64,000 nucleotides of DNA from Candidatus Enterousia sp. (GTDB lineage Bacteria; Pseudomonadota; Alphaproteobacteria; Rs-D84). The stretch lies in assembly GCA_045648665.1 (NCBI GenBank), contig JAZROL010000017.1, positions 4,616-68,615 on the forward strand, written 5' to 3'. Below, one piece after another: positions 17,912 through 28,445 of this stretch. The notes below the pieces were generated by a model. That model ran no database searches. It saw only the letters and a program-made list of their open reading frames with translations, and was not told where the DNA came from. Position 1 is the first letter of the stretch; each line of letters starts with the position of its first letter. A program made the translations under genes and the position numbers.

Positions 17912-19510
17912 TTATTTTTTACTATTATTGTTTTTAGATTTCGTCGTATCAGATTTTTTATTATCTGTCTTCTTTTCTGTTTTTTTAGAATCTGGTTTTG
18001 TTTCTGTCTTTTTTGTATCTTTCTTAGGTTCTTGTTTCACAGCTTTTTTTGTTTCCGGTTTAGATTCTGTTTTGGAATCTTTTTTAAAATCTGTTTTTTC
18101 ATCTGCCGATTCGGTTTCTTCTATTTTTTCAAGATTCTTTTTACCAATCTTTGACAAAGCACGCACCATATCCATAGCGCGTTGCAATTGATAATCACGC
18201 GCATCTTTTTCTTCGTCTGTTAAACTTAAATAATCTTCTTCCTCTTCATCAGCAGCATCTTTTGATTTCTTGGAATCTTTCTTCTTAGATTTGTCTTTTT
18301 TATCAGATGCATCATTTTTCAAAGAATTATTGAACGTTGCCTCTGTAAAAAGAGCTTCCTTCTTTTCAATAACTTCCAATTTACTTTGCAAAACTTCTAT
18401 ATCAGGTGTGATACCTTCGTTTTGTATAGAACGTCCGCTTGGTGTATAATAACGTGCAATTGTTATATGAATGGCAGACCCGTCGCCCAACGGTTTTTGT
18501 TGTTGCACAGAACCTTTACCAAAACTTTGCGATCCCATAACCAACGCACGTCCGTTATCTTGCAATGCGCCCGCAACAATTTCAGATGCAGATGCAGACC
18601 CATGGTTGATTAAAACAACAACGGGTTTGCCTTTTACCACATCCCCTGGTTTTGCGAACATGCGTTCAATATCTGTTTTTTCTTTGCCACGTGTTGAAAC
18701 AATTTCACCACCATCCAAAAACGCATCGGAAACTTCCACAGCAGCGGTTAAATAACCGCCCGGATTATTACGCAAATCCAATACATAACCCGCTACTTTT
18801 TTCTTTTCCAAATCTTTCAGCGCATCCAATAATTCCTTTGTTGTTGTTGCGCCAAAATCTGAAATACGAATATAACCTATCTTTGGCAATTTTTCATCAT
18901 CGACCGCAGCGGCATCATCTTTTTCAGAAAACTTCACAGATTTAACCTTGATTATTGCACGTTTCAGGGTGATTTCTTTTGGTTCTTCGCCAGAATGGAC
19001 AATTGTTAACTTCACTTTGGTTCCTGGTTTCCCCTTCATTTTTTTAACGGCTTGATTAAGTGTCATATCAAACACCTGTTCACCGTCAATATGGGTAATA
19101 TAATCACCCGCCTCTATCCCGGCCTTTGCCGCAGGCGTATCATCAATAGGTGAAATCACACGAACTGCACCTTTGTCACTGGTTATTTGAATACCCAAAC
19201 CACCAAATTCGCCATGTGATTTATCTGTAAATTCTTTGAAATCCTCTTTTGATAAATACGAAGAATGCGGATCCAACGCGCCCAACATACCATTCATAGC
19301 GCCTTCTAACATTTTACGTTCGTCGGCCTCTTCTACAAATTTATCGCGCGCGGTTTCAAAAACCAAAGCCAATTTTTTTAATTCTTCGTAAATTTGTTCA
19401 TCGGTTAAATGAACAACAGGTTCTTCTTTTTTATTTTTATTTTTATTAGGTGCAGCATCCACAACGAATGGGGTTACCAAAGCTAAAATTAAAACGAATT
19501 TTTTCAACAT
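17912..19510 (-). CDS. ctpA: carboxy-terminal processing protease (S41) with long Lys-rich low-complexity tail
   Basis: PDZ segment GLGIQITSDKGAVRVISPIDDTPAAKAGI, catalytic region NPGGYL...GSASASEIVAGALQD. Start taken at MLKKFVL (AGGAAAG RBS), not the upstream ORF Met. Confidence 0.9.
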   Translation of the reverse strand: MLKKFVLILALVTPFVVDAAPNKNKNKKEEPVVHLTDEQIYEELKKLALVFETARDKFVEEADERKMLEGAMNGMLGALDPHSSYLSKEDFKEFTDKSHGEFGGLGIQITSDKGAVRVISPIDDTPAAKAGIEAGDYITHIDGEQVFDMTLNQAVKKMKGKPGTKVKLTIVHSGEEPKEITLKRAIIKVKSVKFSEKDDAAAVDDEKLPKIGYIRISDFGATTTKELLDALKDLEKKKVAGYVLDLRNNPGGYLTAAVEVSDAFLDGGEIVSTRGKEKTDIERMFAKPGDVVKGKPVVVLINHGSASASEIVAGALQDNGRALVMGSQSFGKGSVQQQKPLGDGSAIHITIARYYTPSGRSIQNEGITPDIEVLQSKLEVIEKKEALFTEATFNNSLKNDASDKKDKSKKKDSKKSKDAADEEEEDYLSLTDEEKDARDYQLQRAMDMVRALSKIGKKNLEKIEETESADEKTDFKKDSKTESKPETKKAVKQEPKKDTKKTETKPDSKKTEKKTDNKKSDTTKSKNNNSKK

Positions 19511-19584
19511 AGTCTTTCCTTTATTATTTCTAAAGAAAAGCATAGTAAAAAAAGATATCCCGCGCAACACGATTTTTGTTTAAT

Positions 19585-19608
19585 ATAAAAAAACGCCGAA
19601 ATGGCGTT
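19585..19608 (-). terminator. rho-independent terminator after the kinase-like gene
   Basis: AACGCC gaaat GGCGTT abutting the stop codon, with a T-run on the minus strand. Confidence 0.65.
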
Positions 19609-20529
19609 TTATCTTGTTAAACCTTTTTCTATACTTCGCATTTTTGCGATAAGTTCACGCATATATTTGACTTTGTTAACATTATTTATTTTGGTCTTTT
19701 TAGATTGAGGATTTAATCTTAAATCGTCACCCGCTTTGATAAAACGTTTTAACAATACAGTTATCATTCGATATCTCATAATGTTTTGCAATTCTTGGTT
19801 TCTTGGCCCATAAATACGATATCGATATTTATTGTGTAATTTTAAATATTCTTCATACAAAGGTTTACAAATATCCAAATCAACCGCCAATGGTGAAAAA
19901 ATATCACGATAAACAAAATTATAATTTGCCTCTGCGAAATCAATAAAAGATAATTTACTGGTTTCAGCATCATACAAAACATTGCTTGAATTTAAATCGC
20001 AATGAGACCAAACTTTTCTTGTCACATATTTGAAATTTTCAATATCTTCCATCAAATCCGACATATATTTAATTTCGCCCAAATCAAACCATTGTGGCAT
20101 TTTTCTTTCCAGAATATTTTGAAAACGAACCATTTTTAATTCACTAGAAATTTTATGTTCCGTTTCTTTTTTTACCCCTTTTGATTCGTTCATATCGACT
20201 AAAAAATGAGCAATACTAGTGATAATTTCATAACGTTGACGTGTAGTTAAACTTTGATACAGTTTCAAAGTCAAATCTTCCCCTGGCGCACGTTCTTCTA
20301 ATAATTGGTATTCGCTATCTTTTATATACAACATCTTTGGAATGTTATACACAGGATTATTAAGTTCAATGATATCGTTAATAACAACCCTTGTTCTAAA
20401 TTGTTTTTGTAACCATTTATCTTTTTCAGCCTGGGTAAATTCCGGCAAAGGACGTTTCATAACAAGACCATCGCCAAAATCGGCGATATAAGTTTCACGA
20501 CCATGAGGTTCCATTATATTTGTTTTCAT
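19609..20529 (-). CDS. APH/choline-kinase-like phosphotransferase family protein
   Basis: Brenner-type motif WSHCDLNSSNVLYD followed by FIDFAEA. Confidence 0.7.
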   Translation of the reverse strand: MKTNIMEPHGRETYIADFGDGLVMKRPLPEFTQAEKDKWLQKQFRTRVVINDIIELNNPVYNIPKMLYIKDSEYQLLEERAPGEDLTLKLYQSLTTRQRYEIITSIAHFLVDMNESKGVKKETEHKISSELKMVRFQNILERKMPQWFDLGEIKYMSDLMEDIENFKYVTRKVWSHCDLNSSNVLYDAETSKLSFIDFAEANYNFVYRDIFSPLAVDLDICKPLYEEYLKLHNKYRYRIYGPRNQELQNIMRYRMITVLLKRFIKAGDDLRLNPQSKKTKINNVNKVKYMRELIAKMRSIEKGLTR

Positions 20530-20623
20530 GCTGCATATTATAGACGTATTTTTATTTTTGTCAATGATTTTTTAATAATCTATGATTTACAATTTTAATG
20601 CGTTTTGTTAAAATAAAACCGCA

Positions 20624-21706
20624 ATGCAAACGAAACATTTTGTTTTTTCTTTGTTTATATCTGGCGTATTGTTATCGCCCGGCGTTTGTGCCAATGTTGA
20701 TTTGGAAAAAATTAAATCACAAATCAAACAAACAGAACAACAAAACAAACAAATTGAACAACAAATACAAACATCTGCCAAAGACGTTGAAAAAACAAAA
20801 AAACAACTGGTAAAAACTGCAACCCAGGTCAGTACTTTGGAAGAACAACGCGCCCAAATAGCAAAATACATCGCAGAACTGGATAAACAACGTGATAAAA
20901 TAAATGCAGAATTATCAAAAAGTTATGACGGAATATCTGATGCAACGGGCAGTATTTTATTTATTGCATCGAACCCTAGTTTTGATGCACAAACCATGCA
21001 CGATTACGTTTTAACATCTGTGCTATTATCATCTGCCGCGGAACAATTTGATGTACAAATTATGGATGCCACGCAAAAATTAAAAGAATTAGATAAAATT
21101 CGCGAAAAACGCGCCATTGAAAAAGAAAAATTGGATCGCAGTGCAAAAAAATATACAAATGAAAAAAATGCTTTGGATAAATTGTTAAAAACACGTTCCG
21201 CGCAAAATGAAAAATTAAAAAATCAGCAAATAGAATTACAGGCTAAATTAAAAAAACTATCAGCTCAGGCGAAAAGCATATCCGAATTGTCTGCTGGCGT
21301 CGGTTCATCTGAAATGTCCGCCGATACACGTTTTTCAAAAAGAAAACTTAATACGCCAGTGCGCGGCAAATTGGTTGTAAAATTTGGCGAAAAGACCGCC
21401 CTGGGATTAAAATCAGACGGCTGGCGCATACACGTCCGCGGAGATGCTTTGGTTATGGCCCCTGCCGATGGGGTTGTAAAATTTGCAGACAGTTTCCGCG
21501 GTTTTGGCAAAGTGATAATAATGTCACACAAAAATGGATATAACACAGTTATGACAAACATGGGAACTGTTGACGCCCTGGTTGGTCAAGAAGTTTTAGC
21601 CGGTGAACCAATTGGTCGCATGGATTCTAATCGCAACGAAATGTATCTAGAAGTACGCCGTGGCAACAAAGCCATTGACCCCGCTAAATTATTTAACGAA
21701 CCGTAA
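20624..21706 (+). CDS. EnvC-like murein hydrolase activator (coiled coil plus LytM/M23 domain)
   Basis: Signal peptide, long coiled coil, C-terminal M23-like ...PADGVVKFADSFRGFGKVIIMSHKNGYNTVMTNM...GEPIG. Confidence 0.8.
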   Translation: MQTKHFVFSLFISGVLLSPGVCANVDLEKIKSQIKQTEQQNKQIEQQIQTSAKDVEKTKKQLVKTATQVSTLEEQRAQIAKYIAELDKQRDKINAELSKSYDGISDATGSILFIASNPSFDAQTMHDYVLTSVLLSSAAEQFDVQIMDATQKLKELDKIREKRAIEKEKLDRSAKKYTNEKNALDKLLKTRSAQNEKLKNQQIELQAKLKKLSAQAKSISELSAGVGSSEMSADTRFSKRKLNTPVRGKLVVKFGEKTALGLKSDGWRIHVRGDALVMAPADGVVKFADSFRGFGKVIIMSHKNGYNTVMTNMGTVDALVGQEVLAGEPIGRMDSNRNEMYLEVRRGNKAIDPAKLFNEP

Positions 21707-21710
21707 AGAA

Positions 21711-22697
21711 TTAAAATTCAAATCTTAAACCCAACATCAAATTGGTATAAATCATATTTTCAGCCGCAAACCATTCACGATGGCGCGAACCATCTGAATT
21801 GACTAAATCCCAAGTCACTTTCGGAATATACATAAAACGCGCACTGAAATCTAAATAAGTTGATTCAACTATACCATACGAAAAACCCAACGCACCGATA
21901 ACCGCCACATTCACAGAAGACGGATATTTGTCTTTATCTGTTGGATTATCAAAAACAATCGCCCCAGTTACTGAATCAATAGTTCCATAATTTCTTAAAT
22001 CAGAATCATTTGATAAATCACCGTAAATATCGGACAAATTCAACGTGGTTTTTGATACAGAGTATCCCAAGCCCAATCCAACATACGGGATAAATTGATT
22101 CAAAGGCTTTACATTTCCTTTGTAAAAATCATAAAAAGCCATTGCCGAGATAACATCTGTGGTAATTGTAGATTTTACACCACTGCTGGCAACATCAATA
22201 GTATCATCACCAATCGCGCCACCCGATACACCCAAAGCACCTTCCAAGAATGGAATTTCATTATAATCAGATTCTGCAATATGGTCATAGCCCGCTTCAA
22301 AACGCCATTGTGGATAATAAGGCAATGTAAAACCAACGCTAGCCCCGGCTGTGAACGACGTCTTTTTGAAATTTTCTTTAACCGGCAAAGTGGCTAAATT
22401 ACCATATCCCGCGGGCGTGTATCCCGTGGATGGGGAACCCGCGTTTATATAACCCAATTCTGAAACAACATCACCATTTGAGTCATTTATGTAATACAGC
22501 GTGTATAAACTGCCCATTTCATTTCTTATTTTTGCATTACCCATGGACAAACCGCCACGCAAACTGATTACAAAACGAGAACCGTCATCATTATAATATC
22601 CATCGTTAATACGATATCCGTCATATTGCCAACCTGCGAATGCAGAATTAGCACACAACAACAACGCCATAGAAAAAATAGATATCCTTGCTTTCAT
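21711..22697 (-). CDS. outer-membrane beta-barrel protein
   Basis: Signal peptide MKARISIFSMALLLCANSAFA, alternating amphipathic strands, terminal ...LGLRFEF. Start moved to 22697. Confidence 0.75.
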   Translation of the reverse strand: MKARISIFSMALLLCANSAFAGWQYDGYRINDGYYNDDGSRFVISLRGGLSMGNAKIRNEMGSLYTLYYINDSNGDVVSELGYINAGSPSTGYTPAGYGNLATLPVKENFKKTSFTAGASVGFTLPYYPQWRFEAGYDHIAESDYNEIPFLEGALGVSGGAIGDDTIDVASSGVKSTITTDVISAMAFYDFYKGNVKPLNQFIPYVGLGLGYSVSKTTLNLSDIYGDLSNDSDLRNYGTIDSVTGAIVFDNPTDKDKYPSSVNVAVIGALGFSYGIVESTYLDFSARFMYIPKVTWDLVNSDGSRHREWFAAENMIYTNLMLGLRFEF

Positions 22698-22749
22698 AAC
22701 TGCGATTATTATATCACAAAAAGACATCAAAAAAAAGAATAAAGAGCAT

Positions 22750-22774
22750 AAAAAAATGCCCAAATGGGCATTTT
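22750..22774 (-). terminator. terminator after ygiW-like gene
   Basis: AATGCCC aaa TGGGCATT flanked by A/T runs. Confidence 0.6.
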
Positions 22775-23131
22775 TTATTTTGTAATAGATTCCACATCTA
22801 TTTCGGTATAATTAACACCTTTGTCTACATTACCGTAAACAGTGACAATGTCATCCACGCGAACTGTATTACCATTCCAATCAGATTCATCTATTTCCAA
22901 CATGATTGTTCCCGAAGAATCTTCGAAAACATAAATATTATCACCCATGTTTTGCGTAATACGGCCACGCATTACAACTGGCGTATTATCAGGCAAAGAA
23001 ACAACCTCTGTGACTGACCAGACTGTTGGTTGGGCGTAATTATTATTCATATTGTAATTTTTACCTGGGCCTGCGATTGCGCCACAAATTGGCAACAAAG
23101 CAAACAAAGTTAAAAAAGATACTTTTTTCAT
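22775..23131 (-). CDS. YgiW/YdeI-family periplasmic OB-fold (BOF) protein
   Basis: Signal peptide plus VVMRGRITQNMGDNIYVFEDSSGTIMLEIDESDW...VTVYGNVDK pattern. Confidence 0.75.
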   Translation of the reverse strand: MKKVSFLTLFALLPICGAIAGPGKNYNMNNNYAQPTVWSVTEVVSLPDNTPVVMRGRITQNMGDNIYVFEDSSGTIMLEIDESDWNGNTVRVDDIVTVYGNVDKGVNYTEIDVESITK

Positions 23132-23225
23132 GTGTTTTCTCCTTGTGTTGTTAAATGTGTTTTTTACACAATAAAATTATAACAGCAAGGCCCACAAAAA
23201 TAACTAGGAACGATTTCGTTAAGCA

Positions 23226-23253
23226 AACAAAAAACCGCCCATGCAGGCGGTTT
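23226..23253 (-). terminator. terminator after P1
   Basis: AACCGCC / GGCGGTT hairpin with a minus-strand T-run. Confidence 0.65.
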
Positions 23254-23257
23254 GTTT

Positions 23258-25735
23258 TTACATTTGAACATCTTCACAAATCGGTTCACCCGCATTAACC
23301 TGACAATCAGATTCAGATCTGAAATATTTTGTCATATTTTTACATGATGTTGTCGTTGTAGTAGTGCAAATATGACATTTTCTTGTCGCTTTATCAAATG
23401 TTGCTCGGGTTTCTTTTGTATAACCACTATTCATAGATGTACGGCCACGATATTTAAATGTTTCAGCTCCTTCTTTAATCTTGCCATATCCACCTTGTAA
23501 TAATGATTTAGTGGTCAAACCCGTACCGACATCATAGGATATAGCAAAAGGTGTTGTTAATGGAGATTGTTCAGAAATAGAATTTAAATTAAACGAAGTA
23601 TTTCCCATATCTCCCAATTTTTGACACATAAACTGAGCTACTTCTGCCGAAGAATTATGCGCTGCCTCTTCTATTGCACTTGCTATTTTCTTGTTATAAT
23701 TATCTTGTGCCTTGCGCAATGCGGCCATACCTATCATTGTTCTGTATTGGTTCAATAAATTAGGAAAACGCGCAACCGTTTGATTTTCACCCCTTTTGTT
23801 TTCTTTACCGTTTATCTGTGATAAATCACGACCATTGATACAATATTGAATCCGCGTATCTGATTCAATCAAAGATATTGCATGATTGATAGTGCCAGAT
23901 ATATTCTTTAATTCCTCTTCTATGGATGAAATAATACCATCTGCGCCAGGGACAGTCTTGTTCTTTTTCTTAACTTCTGCTATATAATCTTCAACACCGA
24001 TTTCACCCGGTTTAAGAACCAATTTACCATCACGAACAGATCCTGCGGCATCACCCATTTTAATAGAACCAAAAGATATCATACCTGTGACACGATATAT
24101 TGTGCCATCTTTTTGCGAACGCACAGACCCTGTTCCCAGATACTCATCTGATGCAAATGAATTACAATCTGTGGTAGACCCGCACAGCTCGACCATTTTT
24201 TCTTCTGCTATTTTCTGGCAATTTTCCAATGCCTGATTATCAATATTCAAATACAACCCCATTAACATAGAATCCAAATCTGACATTTTGAAATCTGGAT
24301 TTGCTTGTTTACAAACAACCAATTTATCAATTGGGCAAATATCGTGAATATAATTGAAATCCATACCTATACAATTCATAAAGTCTGTGCCACATCTATC
24401 TTCTGATGTAAAACATTCTTTAACTTCTTGTGTACAAGCATCGACACGCATAGCAGCCAATTTACTTTCTACATAATCCCAAATTTGTGGTTCCATACGT
24501 TCACATGGATCAAGTTGCACTTTACAGAAAGAACGTGCCATAGTTGGGCGAGCCAAACACGCATCCATAGTCGCAACACCTTTCCCAACAATGTCATCTT
24601 TGCACGCTGTTTGAATACAATCTGAAATATCCTTCAAACAAGATTGTCTTTTCTTTGATTCTATATTTGATTCTGCTAAACGAATAGTTGGCGCCGCCTC
24701 GCGTAAAAAATCGTTCCAGATGTACCGACGATTTGCGACACATTTATCCAAAACATTTTCACAAATATAACGTTTTGCTTCCAATATTTCCATCGTTGAC
24801 GCAGTGATGTCATAAGTATCCGTAGTAATAACACTTGTGCCCGCAACGCTGTTTGACTTTTTATTTTGCATATTCTCGGATGCAATAGTGAATACGCATT
24901 GTTCCCAGTCTGGACCGCAAGCATCTTCACTGCGCATACATTTCTTATATTCAACCATACATGTTCCACGATCGTATTTATTGGCCTCGTCCAAACTTTC
25001 TTTTAACGCAGCACGCACACTGGCATTTGCAGAAGACAACATCGTTTTTGCTTCTTGTTTTTTCTGGTCTATGCTATTTGCCAAACCTTTACAATCTGAC
25101 ACAATTTGACGAGAATACATTTGGGTTAACAAACTCATATCTTCTGCACAAGAAGAATCCATTTGTTCAACACATAACTTATGTGCCGCATTATACAGAG
25201 CATTTCCTGTTTTATCAGAAATCAAATCCATCATATCATATTCTTCATCATCTTCGTCATAATCCGTATCATAAAAAGATGACCACATAGATTTTGCTGC
25301 TTCAGCTCTGTCTTTTGTTGCTTTTGTCGCTATGACTTCACCATTTTCATCGTATGTTCTGGTCCCTTGGAAAATAATATCAGCATTTGCACCGGCTTTT
25401 ACTTTTTCAACCTCTTCCGTACTTATACGTTCTGCTTCGGATAACATCTGTCGTATATCAGACAAAGCAGATTCATATTGTTTTATATCATCATTACAAT
25501 TACAAGAACCACCTAATTCGTTATCAACAATACAGAATTGATCCATACACCCAAAATATGATTCATAGCATTTTTTATCATAAACACCACTTGCATCAAC
25601 TTTTGTACGAACCTTTGTCCCAATTTGAATTGCAGATTGTTTTTTTGCTGTTTTTGTGGCGCAAAAACCATCACCAACGCCGACAAAAACAGCCAATCCA
25701 CAAACAAACAAACTAAATTTTAATAATTTTTTCAT
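23258..25735 (-). CDS. Cys-rich secreted protein, CMDxFC family paralog P1 (825 aa)
   Basis: Signal peptide MKKLLKFSLFVCGLAVFVG. Shares ordered Cys motifs with five other ORFs (CYESYFGCMDQFCIVDNELGGSCNC ...). 18 bp downstream of P2. Confidence 0.85.
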   Translation of the reverse strand: MKKLLKFSLFVCGLAVFVGVGDGFCATKTAKKQSAIQIGTKVRTKVDASGVYDKKCYESYFGCMDQFCIVDNELGGSCNCNDDIKQYESALSDIRQMLSEAERISTEEVEKVKAGANADIIFQGTRTYDENGEVIATKATKDRAEAAKSMWSSFYDTDYDEDDEEYDMMDLISDKTGNALYNAAHKLCVEQMDSSCAEDMSLLTQMYSRQIVSDCKGLANSIDQKKQEAKTMLSSANASVRAALKESLDEANKYDRGTCMVEYKKCMRSEDACGPDWEQCVFTIASENMQNKKSNSVAGTSVITTDTYDITASTMEILEAKRYICENVLDKCVANRRYIWNDFLREAAPTIRLAESNIESKKRQSCLKDISDCIQTACKDDIVGKGVATMDACLARPTMARSFCKVQLDPCERMEPQIWDYVESKLAAMRVDACTQEVKECFTSEDRCGTDFMNCIGMDFNYIHDICPIDKLVVCKQANPDFKMSDLDSMLMGLYLNIDNQALENCQKIAEEKMVELCGSTTDCNSFASDEYLGTGSVRSQKDGTIYRVTGMISFGSIKMGDAAGSVRDGKLVLKPGEIGVEDYIAEVKKKNKTVPGADGIISSIEEELKNISGTINHAISLIESDTRIQYCINGRDLSQINGKENKRGENQTVARFPNLLNQYRTMIGMAALRKAQDNYNKKIASAIEEAAHNSSAEVAQFMCQKLGDMGNTSFNLNSISEQSPLTTPFAISYDVGTGLTTKSLLQGGYGKIKEGAETFKYRGRTSMNSGYTKETRATFDKATRKCHICTTTTTTSCKNMTKYFRSESDCQVNAGEPICEDVQM

Positions 25736-25753
25736 ATTCGCCCTCTTCCACAA

Positions 25754-27946
25754 TTACATATTTATATCTTCACAGGATTCAATTTCTTGACAGAATTCTT
25801 TCTTTCCACCGGACGCAGCACCCAAAACCCCAGCACCGACAGCACCAACAATACCACCAATCGCGGTACCCCAACCGGCGTTTATCATCGTTCCCATTGA
25901 TGCCCCAGCAGACAAACCACCCGCCGCCGCTTTCAACGCAGCAGATGCTTTTGATTCACCACCTTCTTCGCAAACTTGTTGTAATCTGCAAACATGGCAA
26001 TTACGCGTTGCTTCTTCAAAAGACGAAGTATGAATATAACTATAATTTGATTTTGAATCTTTCGGCTGTTCAGGTTTATACGTCTTCAAACAAGTTTGTC
26101 TGGCAGTTTCAACATCTTTTTTACGTGTTAATTCAGCAATCTTTGAATCCAATTCACGTAAATTACGATTTTCTGCTGCCATTTTTGCCAATAACTTAGC
26201 AGTATTAAACACACTTGTTCCCAAAGGCTCTCTACCTTTTACTTTCTTTGATTCAACACTTTGTAAATCAGCACATTCTGCAACAGTTTTGTCTTTTTCA
26301 AATTGTTTGAAAAATTCTTCAACCGCATTATCAGAATTTTGAACAATCATTTTACGCAAAGCAGCAAAACCTTCTTCTGTATCCGGCAACCCGACCAATG
26401 AAGGAATAGTGTCATCTATCGGCAAACAAGCCATATCCGTTCCACAAACCTTTGATAATTCATCACTAAAATAATTTATACAACCCTGTAATATTTGATA
26501 ATCCATTTGTAAAAGCACAGATTGAACAATTATATCATATTGCATTGCACCCTTACAAGACGGAAACATAGATTGCGGACAAAGCGCAGCTATTTCATAA
26601 GGCTTTTTACCGACACATTCCGGTTTTGTAAAATCAACACCACATTTATCACGCAAGCATTTATCAATGTCATTTTCACAGAATTTAGTTTGCAAAAATC
26701 CTAACTTGTCATTAACAACCGTTTGCAACCCCGGAATCATAGCATCACATTCGGTAATTATAGGACAAATTCCCGCAGCAACATTAACATCAACTAAACA
26801 TTCGGCATTCGTTGCCGTGGAACAACTTTCTTCCAAACAATCCTGAATTTTTGCTAAACAGGTTGCACGCTTATACTTATCAGCATACTTTGCAGCCTCA
26901 TCCAAAATACTTTTTGATTCTTCTTTCCAATCCTTTTCGACATAATCGCGAACAGCTAAACATTGATCCAAAATATTTTCACATGCATTTGAACGACGTT
27001 TTAACAAACTTGCGTCTAAACAATTTTCAAAATTCGCACCACATCCACCCTTGTCAGCAACACAAGAACGATACGCCAACAAACATTCACCACGATTATA
27101 TTTATTCGTCGTATCTAACATTTCAAGACGCGCTTTACGCACAGCCGATTCGGCGATACGTTTATTAGATTCAGCGTTTGTTTTTTGATCTTTTAAATAC
27201 GCATCATAACTTTTACAATCTTGAACAACCATACGCGTATAAAGCATAGATTCCATTTCAGCCCTGCTACCACAAGCATCTAATTCTGGTTGACAATATT
27301 GCGATGCCATTTCAAGCAAAACATCACCAATATTATAATCTTCACCAACATCTTCATCTTCTTCCCCGTAATCACCAGTTAACCAAGCAAAGAAATTTGC
27401 ACCAGTCGTACTATTGTTCGCAGAATCATTTGTAAACACCAACCGTGCCTTCGCACCCATCTGTTCACGTTCAACACCTTCGCTGTATAATTTATCAGCT
27501 TCGGCCTGAATATCCAAAACCTCTTTAATTTTACTTTTTGCATAGTATATGCTGTCGGAACACGCACATCTTTCACCCTGACTTTCATCCAACAAGCAAA
27601 AATCATCCATACACTTACGATAAGCTTCACGACATTCTTCATGTGAAATAGCAGGCGTTTCAGCGACAGATTCCGTCACCTTTTCAGTTTCAGTGCTAAT
27701 AATGACGGTACTTCCAGAACGTTGCGAATCCTTTACTGCGTTTACAGTCGCAGAATTAACATTTCCAGCCTTCACATTCGGTGCCGAAACAGTTCCGACA
27801 TGAATTCCTGCACTGCCCAATGACAGTCGAGCCTCTGTTTGCGAAGCACGCCCCGCACCAGAACGAACATTACCTGCATCGCGATCCGCAGCAAATGCAA
27901 CAACCGGAAAAACTGCAAAAAGCAGCCAAAATTTACTCATTTTCAT
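25754..27946 (-). CDS. Cys-rich secreted protein, CMDxFC family paralog P2 (730 aa) with C-terminal glycine zipper
   Basis: Signal peptide, CREAYRKCMDDFCLLDESQGERCAC, Gly/Ala zipper GGLSAGASMGTMINAGWGTAIGGIVGAVGAGVLGAASGG, terminal Cys module. Start at ATG 27946 (AGGA upstream). Confidence 0.85.
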   Translation of the reverse strand: MKMSKFWLLFAVFPVVAFAADRDAGNVRSGAGRASQTEARLSLGSAGIHVGTVSAPNVKAGNVNSATVNAVKDSQRSGSTVIISTETEKVTESVAETPAISHEECREAYRKCMDDFCLLDESQGERCACSDSIYYAKSKIKEVLDIQAEADKLYSEGVEREQMGAKARLVFTNDSANNSTTGANFFAWLTGDYGEEDEDVGEDYNIGDVLLEMASQYCQPELDACGSRAEMESMLYTRMVVQDCKSYDAYLKDQKTNAESNKRIAESAVRKARLEMLDTTNKYNRGECLLAYRSCVADKGGCGANFENCLDASLLKRRSNACENILDQCLAVRDYVEKDWKEESKSILDEAAKYADKYKRATCLAKIQDCLEESCSTATNAECLVDVNVAAGICPIITECDAMIPGLQTVVNDKLGFLQTKFCENDIDKCLRDKCGVDFTKPECVGKKPYEIAALCPQSMFPSCKGAMQYDIIVQSVLLQMDYQILQGCINYFSDELSKVCGTDMACLPIDDTIPSLVGLPDTEEGFAALRKMIVQNSDNAVEEFFKQFEKDKTVAECADLQSVESKKVKGREPLGTSVFNTAKLLAKMAAENRNLRELDSKIAELTRKKDVETARQTCLKTYKPEQPKDSKSNYSYIHTSSFEEATRNCHVCRLQQVCEEGGESKASAALKAAAGGLSAGASMGTMINAGWGTAIGGIVGAVGAGVLGAASGGKKEFCQEIESCEDINM

Positions 27947-28096
27947 GTGACACATTCCTACATTATATCTTTCATTTTATCAAAAAATATTATATCTTGC
28001 AAGCACTTAAAGGAATCATATATCCAAAAATTTCTTGCAATTTTTATTGACGCCTAATATTATTGTAGGCATAACATAAATAAAGGTTTTTATAAT

Positions 28097-28348
28097 ATGG
28101 CAAAAGATGATGTAATTGTTTTTTCTGGCGTAGTCGAAGAAAGATTGCCAAACACAATGTTTCGTGTGCGTCTTGAAAATGGACACATGATTTTGGCGAC
28201 CGTTTGTGGAAAAATGCGCAAAGCGCGTATTTGGGTCAATGTTGGCGAACACGTCCACGTTGAAATGACACCTTACGACCTGGACAAAGGACGCATAACA
28301 TTTGTTGAACGCGTTCGCACAGGAAATGAAGGTGCACAAAACAATTAA
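28097..28348 (+). CDS. infA: translation initiation factor IF-1
   Basis: [42 protein letters not shown]... Confidence 0.95.
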   Translation: MAKDDVIVFSGVVEERLPNTMFRVRLENGHMILATVCGKMRKARIWVNVGEHVHVEMTPYDLDKGRITFVERVRTGNEGAQNN

Positions 28349-28373
28349 AATCCACCATGTGTGGATTTTTTAT
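28349..28373 (+). terminator. infA terminator
   Basis: ATCCAC catgt GTGGAT plus a T-run. Confidence 0.7.
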
Positions 28374-28445
28374 TTTCTATTTTTTGTAAAATACCCTTGC
28401 TTAAAATACCCTATTTTTGATATTATTATTAAAAAGTAAGAAGGG

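Noticed and set aside
17807-18154. Antisense or alternative-frame ORFs inside long genes (e.g. 1204-1677, 17807-18154, 17928-18191, 54077-54499, 61380-61838, 61848-62549, 63060-63452)
   Set aside because: They lie entirely within well-supported conserved genes on the opposite strand or in another frame, and their translations are low-complexity or stop-poor artefacts of AT-rich codon bias.
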